From: Octopus vulgaris
Taxonomy: Eukaryota
Direction of reading: 5' to 3'
DNA: 64,000 nt
NCBI GenBank assembly: GCA_951406725.2
Contig: OX597821.1
Coordinates: forward strand, 78,492,001-78,556,000
A program made the position numbers and the translations under genes. Under the pieces are notes generated by a model, which was given only the letters and a program-made list of their open reading frames with translations, did not search any database and was not told the origin of the DNA. Position 1 is the stretch's first letter, and every line of letters begins with the position of its first letter. Positions 49,273 through 61,630 of this stretch are shown here, piece after piece.

Positions 49273-49679
49273 CTTTGTGTATTTGCACACGTCTAAGAAC
49301 GCTGATCCTTGTAACCTTGATGCTAGTTAACGTACTGATTCGACGATCAATCAATGATAAAATGAGTAACAAACTGCAATGAAACTGAGACCAATAGAAT
49401 TTTATCAAAACATATACTGTTGAGTTGTCCAAGTGATTTAATTTGAGACTTTTTTTGATTGAAACTAAAAAACACCTCATCGTTTCACAGTTTTATCAGC
49501 CATTAAAAATGCCAGTTTGACTATTTTATTACGAATTTGTAATAAATATATATACTAATAGGTATCAGAAGCTTTCGTCGCCCATATTCTCCATGATTTT
49601 CACACTTCTTCACTGGATCTGAGATGAAATATTTTGGTGTAACATGTATATGTGTGTGTGTGTGTATGTATGTATGTAT

Positions 49680-50620
49680 TAAATCAATAATATGCAGAGA
49701 TGTAGTAGTTATTTAAATTTACAATATGTTACTGGTATTTGTCTTCTACATTGCCCGGTACGATGAAATGCAATGTTTAACCATGTATTATTCTTAAGAT
49801 TTAACTAAGTACTAAATCTGCAAAATCCTGCGGACTTAGCACATTAAAAAGTGAAATTAAAATACACCAGTATGCATATGTTGTTTATCTCCAGTTGAAC
49901 TCGGATCGAAAGACATATGTTGAAAGGCACTCGGATTGAGTTCCTCACCTTTTCGTGTATACCAAGAAAGACATCTAAGGTGAGCTGGTAATTTCAAGGT
50001 GATAGGAGATAATTTGAAAGAATGTGTCTGATATTTTAACGACTCTACCATGATAGAATTATTATAAGTGTGTACGAGTGTTTTTTGAGTTTGTAGGAGG
50101 GAGAGAAAGAGAGCGATAGTGGGAGAGAGGGACTAAACTGCTATGAGACTTAAAATTGTCTCCAATTTTAACTTCTCTTTGACGAATTCACTTAAACAAA
50201 AATATTCGTTATCGTAACTTATTTAAACTACCCACTCTTTTACTATATTCCCACACTCACACAGGCTTACAGTAGTTTCACACATTGGACTCTGTATATC
50301 TTTATACTCCAAAACTATCCTTTTTAATCTTTGCTAATCCAATGAGCGTATTTTAAGGACGGAACAGAAAGATATCTGCCTGGTATAGATGTAGTATTTT
50401 TAATCGACCACACTGCTACTTCTATGGCATGTTCAGCAAATTCTTTAAGAAAACACCTGACTCGGTTTTACAATAAATAAGTGCTAAGGTTTTGTTCGAT
50501 CCCTTATTTCAGAGTTTATATTTCCTCGTCCGTACAGATGTTCACAACAGACACTGGAAGATATTACTCAAACACACATCTTTACATATTTTCCCGTGAT
50601 CCATTGAGATCCAGTTATAT
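49680..50620. repeat. Old dispersed repeat, second copy at about 58730-59640
   Basis: Shared agttatttaaa.tttacaat..ttactggtatttgtcttctac and gacttaaaattgtct..acgaattcact.aaacaaaaatat. Confidence 0.75.
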
Positions 50621-50865
50621 CGTTGTTAAATAAAACATCTTTATCAAAAACAAGAAAAAACTATACATTTGTCTGTCATATTCAAAAATGTTTACTGTAT
50701 TTATATGAATAATATACAGTCTATTGACTAAAGTTTTACACGCTAGGCCACTGGTAATGGAAATTTCAAATATTTCCGATTACCCTTTGGATACTTTTTC
50801 TGGAAAATTTCCAAAATGTAAAAGCCGGAATTTTATTTGCTGCCGACAAAGAGTACACTGTTACA

Positions 50866-50908
<43 letters not shown>

Positions 50909-50911
<3 letters not shown>

Positions 50912-51161
50912 CATAAGGAGGATCAGCCATCTGAATGTGGCTAGGGACAGGGCGGGGTAGTGGGGGTGTTACTGATGCATTTAGCCCCAGGCGATCATCA
51001 ACGTCACCAGAAGGGCTGACAGTGACGTTGATGATCGCCTGGGGCTAAATGCATCAGTAACACCCCCACTACCCCGCCCTGTCCCTAGCCACATTCAGAT
51101 GGCTGATCCCCCTTATGTTATAGAGCAGTTACTGTTTATATCTCGCTCAGAGATTTATTAT

Positions 51162-51166
<5 letters not shown>
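50909..51166. repeat. Fold-back pair of the 358-nt unit family (see 13657-14400) in (TA)n
   Basis: 50909-51007 and 51022-51121 are reverse complements. Confidence 0.92.
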
Positions 51167-51209
<43 letters not shown>

Positions 51210-51599
51210 TTAAAATTAAATAATAAGGGTAGAGATTGATATTAATCAATTAAAACCAGTGGCTTAGCATATTCAGAAAATCCGGAGATTAAAAGTTGTG
51301 TTACATACAACATTTAGAGGACTGGCCACTAAAGTGGACAGCTTATATGCTAAACATAGACGTCAAGTCGCCATTACCACGAAGAATGTGTTCGCAAGAA
51401 AATCTCAGAAAAAAACCAAAATGTAAAAATAAGCAAGACTAATGAAAATATACGAAATAAAAAACGATTACCTATGTACCATTGGTTTCACTTGTTCATA
51501 TTTACGTATATGAACACGCAAATATCTGCAAGATCGTCGGCACAGTCTGTCGTTTACAAAACAGAATTTTCAGAACTACACACATGTGGATTACTCACA

Positions 51600-53230
51600 C
51601 GCATGCACACATACACATGTTAATTCGCACATCGAATGGTAATTCCAAATTGGTACCTGGCTCTCATAAGACTACCAAATCTGCAACAAATAAAGGGTTC
51701 GGTAGAATACCGCATTGTCCACCGTGAATGTTAAAAAAGGAAGCGTTCAGATCTTAAGTAGAGGAGTTCATTCGAGACGTATGTTGAGTCTCCACCGAAT
51801 GCTGATATAATCAGCATTAAATCTTCAAATTGTGCTGAGAGGTGTGGGGTGAGAGTAGAATGGATGCGTGTCCCAGCATGCCGAAGTGGGTCCCAGAAGA
51901 AACAAACGTTAATGATTGGGATTTGAAATGTTAGAACTCTTATCGTTGAAGAGTAAGGACTAGAGGAGGAGGTTAAACGCTACTCGCTACATGTATTTGG
52001 TGTCTCTTCTGCTAGGTTCCCTGGTTCTGGCACTGTACATTTGGGTAGAAGGTGGACACTTCCTTAGTCAGGGGTGGTGCCAACTACGTCTTCCTTTGTT
52101 GGGGTGGAGATACTCTCGGGCTGTTGGGTTGTGTTATGCAGTGGATCCAATTAGGTGGGAAAGTCTGTCTCCTGAAAATTAGGCTGAAAGAAGGGCCGCT
52201 GTGGCTTTTACAGGATATTCACCAAAGAATAAGATCATATACAAACCCTTCCCCTGATGAAGTCAGCGCAGCATTAAATGTAATTTCTGCTGGAAATGGG
52301 GTCTCCGATATAAGTACATCTGGTATATGAATACTTCGAGAGAGATGCCAACGAGAAATCTTGTTATCGTTTTGAACGTCTTTTGTGTCTATGATGGACG
52401 TTCGGGTAAAGGCAAGAGCGGAGTTATCAACTGATCCTCACGCAGGTGTCTTCAAATTGAGACTGTCTATGACCGGAAGAACTCACAAAACCGATAATTC
52501 AAGTAAGACTTACCGGATTAAGTGAGAAACCTTGGCAGATGATAAAATCGGGAACAAATATTCGGGTACGTTAGCATCGTAATTCAAAGTCATTTCGGTA
52601 CGATTTGAGCAGGTTAAAACGAAGTGGAGTTTTTGTTCGGCAGTTTCTTCTGTTGAATAATTCTGTGGACGAAAGGAACATTCTGGTTATACCAAGAAGT
52701 TAAAGATTTCATCAGAACAAAGGAGTTTTATAATGCTTGCTTTGGAACCAGGTCTTTTCTTTTGCGCAGACGATAGACCAAGTCGCGAAAAGTAGCACCA
52801 GAGAAAATTCAAACTACGAAGGATAACCCATGGAAAGACTTTAGTGTTAAGCAGGACTCTGACTGTATAATGCCGAGTAAAGTATTGTGGTAGAGCATCT
52901 TCTGTCTTCATAACAAAAATCTCCCTTCTGTACCTTCCATTAAGCATTCTGCTTTGTTTTGTTTTTTTTCTCTATACAAAGATGAGATGGAGAGAATACT
53001 TTACTGATGTTTTAAGTCCAGACACAATAAAATCTGGTTCACATGAGATGTATTTATGGGCGAAGACTAACCTCACAGATACTGAAGTCATAGAAGCAGT
53101 TAAGGTGCTCGAATGAGACAAATCTGATAGAGGGCATGAACTTCGACATGAGATGTTAAACGCTTTGAATAGAAGAGCTATTTTCTGTCTGATTCGTGTT
53201 TGCCAGGTGACATAAGCATCAAGAAAGACA
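51600..53230. repeat. Uninterrupted copy of the unclassified repeat
   Basis: Contains both the 38180-39218 and 44285-44945 homologies contiguously. Confidence 0.85.
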
Positions 53231-53287
53231 TTAACGCAATGACAGTCCTGACTAGTAATCACAATTTTTAAAGTAGGAGAAAAAGAG

Positions 53288-53331
<44 letters not shown>

Positions 53332-53499
53332 GGAGAGAGACAGTGTTTTCCGTGTGTGTATGTGCTATTTATAAACAGATCATGTTTAGCTTCCCCAGAA
53401 AAGTTTTCTCTAGGTGACTGAAAAACAAAAGAATGGAAATTGTCGAACACAAGGTCGCTGAAGAAAAATGTGACTTCCATCCTGAACACATCACAATCG

Positions 53500-54540
53500 A
53501 TCAAGAGTTCATTTTAATATGGGTATCAGAGAGATCGTGAGAATATTACCAAGGAGTTTGAGCTTGCGTTATAGACCTCGATGAACGTGTGTCGTACAAT
53601 ATGTTGTGGAAGATTTTGCGGGAATCTTGGATTGATGGCCAAGTTCCGAGTGCTGTGAAGTCCCCATTCAAATGCCCAGATGTTTTCTTCGGTTAACGGG
53701 TGCTAAATGAAAACCGTTCAACAAAGATGGTGGATCTTGGCAGAGATATGTATTATCAACCCTCCTTTCAATAATTTTTTAAATAAATAGATTGAAATGC
53801 ATCACTTGTGGATGTGTATCACAATCGGTAGGTGGAGGATCGGCCGGTTGAAATTTTCAGACGACATTTTACTGCATGATTCAGCAGAAGGCAGGCTACA
53901 ACATGCAGAGAAAAGGTTCGTTGCTGAGTGCTGTAAGGCAGGAAAGAGAGCAAGTATTTGGAAAACTGAGGGACAGGCGCTCTCGATAATTTCTTCCAGT
54001 GCACTCATCCTGTTAGTGGAACATGTGTCTCAGGACCGTATTTACGAATGATGGCAAGCAGGAGGGTGAACTGAGTGCTAGAATGGTACTGTAATGGATC
54101 AGCTCTAATATTCGATCCTTAGAAGAGGAGAGGTAACTCAACAAGCCAAACTCACTATCTTCAGTTCAGTTTTTGTACTTCTCCGCACTTATTTCCATGT
54201 AAGTTGAATACTGACCGAACGAATGAGGTTGCGATTATAAGCAGCTAAAATGAGGTCCTTTTTAAGGACACTTGGGTTAACGTTACGCGACAGGAGATAG
54301 GGTATCTCTTCAGGTCGAACTGCTATTTTTCTGATTTGAAAGGTCACAGCTCCGGTAATATGGACATGTGTTTAGAATATCACAGGAATGAATCAGAAGA
54401 GGGTTTCTTCAATCCAAATCAACCGACAGGATTTCTGAATATCGATAGTGTCAATTGGTCATGCTTGGAAATCTTACCAGATTGTCTAATGGTCGTTGCC
54501 GCTAAAAAGATTTTATGAGAGAGATACCTAAGGATTCTAA
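53500..54540 (+). mobile_element. Heavily decayed LINE RT region (RTE-like)
   Basis: Scattered remnants (IDL..RV...LWKILRE.W; VLSTLLF; LKFSDDILL; KTE). Confidence 0.5.
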
Positions 54541-54622
54541 CCCCATTACACTCCCAAGAATAGATTGATGAGTGAGTAGATGGATGGATATTGAGATAGA
54601 TAAATGGATATGTATGTATATA

Positions 54623-55221
54623 TATTAGGGGTGCCAAATGTAATGTCATATTTTCAAATAAATAGTCTGACGTCATACCGCAAATAGTTACTATCAACCT
54701 ATCAGCATAGAGCTAATGAACAAACGCTCATGTGGAAAACACGCTGTGTGTGTATTTGTCCTGTCTAATAGCTCATAGAAGACAATGTCTTTGGTGAGTT
54801 GCATATTCGGCATTGCATGCTTCATGAACATTTCAAGAGCTGTAACGCAACATGTGCCAAGGGAAATTTATATACTGTTTATTCTGATGATGTGAGATTT
54901 CTGAAAGGCTAAACGAGTTTTAATAAATTAACAAATTCACACCTAGCACCATCAGATTTTCACTTATTCCGGTTACATGAACATGTTACCAGAAGGAAAG
55001 CTTTCAGATTCAGGGACGATATCGAAATAGCACTTTACACATTTTGTTTTGTTCTAAAGAACCTGATGGTTTTGCCCGTGAAAGTTGGAAACTAATTTTC
55101 AAATATGAAAAAATATTGTTAATTAGGACGATAATATTTTGAATAAATATGTTGACGATATGTATTATGCAGATTTGATGTCATTACAGGAAATGTAACA
55201 TTACTTTTAGGCAGCCCTAAT
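54623..55221 (+). mobile_element. Internally deleted mariner derivative
   Basis: TIRs attaggggtgccaaatgtaatg / cattacttttaggcagccctaat; LAPSDFHLF remnant at about 54943. Confidence 0.75.
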
Positions 55222-55407
55222 GTGTGTGTATGTGTGTGTGTGTGAGTATGTGTGCGAGTATGTGTATGTGTGTGTGTGAATTTCTGTGTGTGATAGTGCG
55301 TGTGTATGTGTGTTCACATTCATTCATTCGTATTTATACTTCTTATTTAATTCTTTATTGGTTATATTTTTGTTAACGCTTCATCCATGAATATTTGATA
55401 TACAGCC

Positions 55408-55461
<54 letters not shown>

Positions 55462-55465
<4 letters not shown>

Positions 55466-55636
55466 GAAATGAAGAAAATGCTGACAAATAATTGAAGTAA
55501 TTTAAGTAATTTAATTAGGTGAAAGTTCTTTTTACCGGTTGCGCATTAACAAATGCGCAACCGGTAAAAGAACTTTCACCTAATTAAATTACTTAAATTA
55601 CTTCAATTATTTGTCAGCATTTTCTTCATTTCCTTT
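55462..55636. repeat. Near-perfect ~85-bp-arm palindrome abutting (TA)n
   Basis: Arms 55462-55547 and 55552-55636; 4-nt loop; one indel. Confidence 0.95.
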
Positions 55637-56089
55637 TTTATATATCACCACTCATGTTCGACATCTCCTTTTTTTAAATATATATATATATATATATAGG
55701 GTTTTCGGGCTGAATTTCATGCTGTGTAGGTTTTCTTCTGGTGAATAATCAATAGTCTCGTAGAGCACGAATATGAAAGTTGTAATTGCGTAAAAGTTAC
55801 CTGACGCGGAAGACTGGAAGGCATCTAATTGGAAACGAGTTACCTGTATCATGATTATTCGCACTTGGTATCAAAATGCCTTGGGAACATTGTAAATATT
55901 GTCAGACGTAACATAGACAAATGCAACGGAGACTACGAAGTGGTGACCAGCAGGAGGGGACACAGTAGTAATTCACTCAATAATTGTAGGACAATCTGAT
56001 GGACGATCCATGCAAAGGAATTGGGTCTTTGGTGAGAGACAGAAATTGGTGTCGCCACCATGAAACAGGCCTTGACAAGGAACCACTCG

Positions 56090-57155
56090 TATTAGGTTGC
56101 CAAGAATGTTCAGGCATAATTTTAAATTTTGGTTTTATATGACGTATTTTAAAATTTATTTTCTTGACTTCATATATCCTTTTAAAGCCCGTTTTCGCGC
56201 TATCTTATCGTATCACTCTTTTTCTTTCTCAATAATTAGGCCATTTTTTCTGGAAGTTGAATACAACATGGACTAAAAGCAAATTCGCACAATTTTCTTA
56301 TTCCAGTTCAAGCTAGACCGAAAATCAACCGAAACAGCTCGCGATATCAATGATGCGTTTGGGCTAGGAACCACTAATGAGCGTACAGCACAATGATGGT
56401 TCAAGGAATTTCGTAGCAGTGACGTACGTAGAGTAGCGGTCGGCCTTCGAATATTGACAACGATCAAATAAGAGTCTTAGTCGAAGCCAATCCACGCAGA
56501 AGGCTTCGGGTGCTTCCTTCTGAATGAGACCTAACGTTTACGACAATTTCCAGCCACTTGAAAGAGATTGGAAAAACAAAGGTACTTGAGAAATGGGTGC
56601 CGCACGAATTCAACGACCATTAAAAAAAAAACAAAAAACGCTGTTTTGAAGTGTCATCTTCCTTTTTTTTAATGCAACAAGAACGACTCGTTTCTCGATC
56701 AGATTGTGACTTGCGATGGAAAGTGGATTATTTACGACAACTGGCGATGCTCAGCTCAGTGGTTGGACGCCAACGAAGCTCCACGGCACTTCCCGAAGCC
56801 AAAGTTGTAGCAAAAGAATGTCATGGTGACTGTTTGATGGTCTGCGGCCGGTCTCTTCCATCACAGCTTTTTGGATCCAGGCGAAACCATTACGGCGGAG
56901 AGGTACTGTCAGCAAATGGATGAAAAGCATTAGAAACTCCGACAGCAACAGCCAGCATTGGTCAATAGAAAAGGACCAATTCTTCTCCACGATAACGCTC
57001 TGCTGCACGTCGCACATCTGACCCTGCAGAAGTTGAACGAATTGGGCTACTAAACCCTGCCACATCTGCCATACTTATGAAACCTCTCGCCTATCGACTA
57101 CCATTTTTTCAAGCATCTCGACAACTTCCTGTGTGAGAAACGCTTCAAAAACCAA
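56090..57155 (+). pseudogene. Decayed mariner transposase, 3' truncated
   Basis: Motifs KWVPHE, IVTCDGKW, LLHDNA and LSPIDYHFFKHLDNFL with several stops; 5' tattaggttg TIR start. Confidence 0.88.
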
Positions 57156-58026
57156 GTTGAGTTGTTCCTATCTTCCAAATGACTTAATTTGAGAATTCTT
57201 TGGTTGGAGCTAATAATACCTCATCGCTTCACAGTTTTATCAGCTATTAAAAATATATATATGCTGTTAGACTCATTTTTATATTATTATTATTATCTTG
57301 TAATAACCAGGCGTAGCTGTGTAGAAAGTAGCTTGCTTACCCACGAGTCTCTGTTGTCAGTGTACGCATGTGTCATTGTGTTATGCACTGAAGAAGATAG
57401 CCGGCAGTGTTTAGCCTGCCAAAAAATGTTGCTTCAAGGTAAGATTTTTGTCTCTTGGACCCAGTGAGGGCCGTTGTCTGTGTTTATTTATTTTACAAAC
57501 AGGGAATCCTCACTGGATTCAGGATGTTGGTCTACTTGCGGTTCAGCAACATGATTCATAGTAAGTAAAAAAAATGTTCTCATTCTGAGAAGTACAGTTT
57601 GGTGGGCGTATCCTTCAACCAAAAGGTGTTTACTTTTTAACAGTGTATGCTTTTACAACAACATTTACCATTATTGGAAAGCTGTATTTCAAGTATTCAC
57701 ATGAAATGAAATCTTTTTCTCGTTGTGAGAAGTATAGGTGACGTATGCTGCCACCAAAAGTCGTTCGCTGTTTGTAAATAGTGTGTATTTTTACAACTAC
57801 GTTGGAAAACTGCATTTCATGTGGAGCAGTCCATGTTCTAATTGGAGTACCTGAATGCCCAGAGATTTTTTTTCTGTGTTTTTCTTTTGAAATGTTTTCT
57901 TCTTCTATTGTACCTTTTTTATTGAACCGTTTGCTTTTTTCTTCTTCCTTTTTGTTTCCTTTTGAATTCTCCCTTTCCTTTTTTGTGAACTATTGTTTTG
58001 AACTCCTTTATTTTGTAATTTAAAAC

Positions 58027-58500
58027 ATGGCAAAAAATATGGATGAGATTGTAGAGTAGGAGATTGTCCCACCTAAGGAGTGGCTCAGACAGCAAGAGGA
58101 GAGGACGGTGGTGTTGAGAATGTATTCGAAGGTTATCGACACCATTACCGTCTTCTTCAAGCAGATGATTGAGCAGGAGTTGGCGGAACATATACCAGTC
58201 ATTAAGTATATCTCTAGGGAAGTCAAACATGCAACGGTGTGGTTGCTGTTTGACACCCCAGAGAAGGCTTGCAGTTTTGTGAACCAGCCCGTTGGTGGTA
58301 AAGACATTTTGTTTCTTCCAACTTTGAGAAAAATTGACGAAGGCCTGGGTCTGTTGTTTGCCACCCGGAGTTGAACCCCAGTGGATAGTGGATACTATCC
58401 GTCGGGGTCTGGGTAGCAGCGGAGCCCGGCTCCTCAATGTGAAAATTCTTCCTGCGTCTGATTGGGTCGGGTCAAAAGCTGTTTTGAACCTGTGTCTGAA
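58027..58500 (+). pseudogene. Possible LINE ORF1 5' fragment
   Basis: Interrupted frame MAKNMDEIVE*EIVPPKEWLRQQEERTVVLRMY..LLFDTPEKA. The identity is inferred only. Confidence 0.35.
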
Positions 58501-59884
58501 ACATGTAAAAGAGTAAAAGAGTAAAGAGTATATGTATCAGAAACATTTGTAACACATTTGTTACATTGTTTTGCTACCATTTTGATAAATGGTAACACAC
58601 ACGCATGCACGCACGCACGCACGCACGCACATACATACACACACAACAACAACAACACGCAAACACACATACAATACGCACACAACTCACGCGCACACTC
58701 GCACACACGTGCACATATTAAGGTGATAATTTGAAGGGATGGAGCAGTTATTTAAAATTTACAATGTCTTACTGGTATTTGTCTTCTACGCAACGCAGTA
58801 TGATGAAATGCAATGTTTAACACTGAGAGATTTCATCTCAAGTTTTACCTAAGTACCAAATCTTCATAATTATCCGGACGTAGAAGGTAAATATAAAATC
58901 CACCTGCATGCATTTTTTGTATATTTTGTTTACATCCATGTAGGCTCTTATCGAAAGACTTATATTGAAAGGAATTAGTATTATGTTCACTATCTTTCAT
59001 GTATACTAAGAAAGTAATACTCTAACGTGATCTGACAATTTCAAAGTGATAATATTTAATTTGGAGGAACGTGTCTGATATATTAATGACTTTACCGTGG
59101 CAGAATTATTACACACGCGTGCGAGTGTTTGTGGGTATATGAGAGGGAGACAAAGTGAACGATAAAGGAAGAGAAAGACTAAACAGCCTTTAGACTTAAA
59201 ATTGTCTTCAAACGAAACTTGGATATCCCGCAGAGTTCTACCAGAAATGAGATGTCTTCTCTTTAACGAATTCACTCAAACAAAAATATCCGTTAGCATA
59301 GCGTATTTAAGCTATCCAGGCTTGTAGTATATTCTCACGCTCACGGTGGTTTCACACTTACCTGTTAATATGGTAACGATTTTTTCAGTCTATATAATTT
59401 TTATCCTCCAAAATTATCATTTTTCATTTTTGCCATTCTCATGAGCGTATTTTAAGATCGGGTCAGAAAGGCAAATCCTGGCTTGTTCTGCCAATTCTTT
59501 AAGAACATTCCTGAATCCATTTTACAATGTAAATGTAAATGTATTGTTCGATTCCTTATTTTAGACTTTATCTTACCCCAGCTTGTATCGCTGTTCAAAC
59601 AGGAAATGGAGGGTACTCCTCACACACGTACATGTTTTTTTGCCATAGGCTCTGTAAACTTTCTGGATCATTCTGTAATACAAAAATACGGGCTCACGTA
59701 TTTACTTTCCGAATGTAATATTTGAAGAGTAACTATTCTTTCTTTTCTTTTTATTGGTGTAAATTTTCTTTCTGGTCCGTCGTAATCAATTGAAACTATC
59801 TGATAGTAAAGATACAATTAGCTGTTCCTCTGGTGGAACGAAAACCATACTGAGACTCAGACGCTATATTTGGAACTAAGAAGT

Positions 59885-61020
59885 TATTTCAAAGTTCTAA
59901 CAAAATGCGGGCAAGTACCTTTCCAACCACAGACAAAAGCGAAATCCCACGAAAATTACCACGCACATACTTTGATTCCGATTTATACAAAGAGTCTAAA
60001 ATGGCATCAATCCGATCTTTAGGCACTTTCCCAATTCTCCAACAGTGACAAATTAATATATTTAAGTGTTCAAACATTTTGTCAGCTCCATATTTCAAGA
60101 CTTCTGCATAGATTCCATCAGATCCTGGGAACATATTGTTATTCAGTTTATTCACAGCTAAATAAATGTCATATAGGGTTGGTTCAAATGCCATCACCTC
60201 TATAACTGGAAAGTGTTCGATTTTCTCAATCATCCTCATGTCAGCAGATGATGTATTCCAAAAGTGCAAAAAAATAAACTACCCAGCGCTTATGAATAAA
60301 AGCTGTGTCAGTCAGAAGCAAACGTACAGTTGCTCTTCTCACTGGAGCTATTGAGGAAGACTTTGGGCCGTAAACCTCCTTAACATAAGAGTAAAAATCC
60401 ATGGCGTCCTTTCTATCAGCTGGTTCTCGTGCCCATTTTGCTCTATCATTCCACCATTCCTGTTAAATTTTCCTTAGAGCAAGTCCGCACTTTCACTTTC
60501 AGCTTTCTGTAAGCTTCGTCTGAGTTAGGGTTCAAGGTTGGAGAAAGAAGTGTATTGCTTAAGATTTGTTTTCCTAAAATTAGATCATGGATTTCACTGA
60601 TCTATCTGAGAACCAGTCACTGGACTTACGGGATTGAAATAGTACTGAAGAACCTGCAGCTTGAAATAATTTTGTTTTGAAATCTCCCCAGGTTGCTTGG
60701 GTCAAGATTGATAATTTCTATAGTATATTAGAATGTTTTCAAGTTGCTTGATAACTTAAAGTTTGCAACATTTAACTTTTTGGGTACCTTAGGACTAGAC
60801 TGTCGATTCTTAGGCAATATCGAAAAATCTATCTTTGCAACCACGAGACGATGGTCAGTCCACCTCTCTGCGCCTCTCATGGTCCGCACGCTAGAAACGA
60901 CTTTCATACCACATTTTCGGATCAGAATATAATCTATGAGACGCCAGTGTTAAGATCTTGAGAGCATCCAGTTGGTTTTATATTTTCCTGCTTAGATATT
61001 ATTGGTGACAAACAGATTTT
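59885..61020 (-). pseudogene. RTE-clade LINE fragment (end of endonuclease to start of RT)
   Basis: HWRLIDYIL..RGAERWTDHRLV; PGSDGIYAEVLKYG..GNFRGISLLSVVGKVLARILL. Confidence 0.88.
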
Positions 61021-61112
61021 ACCTAATAGTGTGTGGTGGATAGAGGGTAAGGGGTTGGGCATTGGGCAGGGATGGTCCTTGAATGGTGAGTGTCAATGAT
61101 ATACACACAGAC

Positions 61113-61192
<80 letters not shown>

Positions 61193-61196
<4 letters not shown>

Positions 61197-61490
61197 CGTC
61201 ACCGTGACCGACCAGGCTATCAGATGTTGCTGCACATCGCTGGTCACAATGCGCTTTGCATTGTTTTAGCCTTCAAGTGACGCTACCCCGCTGGCTAAGC
61301 GAGCAGGCCAACAGAAGAAAGAGTGAGAGAAAGTTGTGGCGAAAGAGAACAGTAGGGATTGCCACCATTCCCTGCCGGAACCTCGTGGTGTTTTCGCTCA
61401 ATAAACACTCACAACGCCCTGTCTGGGAATCGAAACCGCGATCCTACGACCGCGAGTCCGCTGCCCTAACCACTGGGACATTGCGCCTCC
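61193..61490 (-). mobile_element. tRNA-derived SINE
   Basis: Reverse complement ggaggcgcaatgtcccagtggttagggcagcggactcgcggtcg..gtttcgattcc; tail (cggtga)2. Confidence 0.8.
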
Positions 61491-61551
61491 ACACACACAC
61501 ACATATATATATATATACATAAATATCTACATACAAATATACACACATATC

Positions 61552-61627
<76 letters not shown>

Positions 61628-61630
61628 TAT

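Noticed and set aside
49480-49505. HHR-like ctgataa..gaaac on the minus strand (also near 57220-57245 and 46140-46175)
   Set aside because: The core is mutated and the stems are absent, so it is too degenerate to support.
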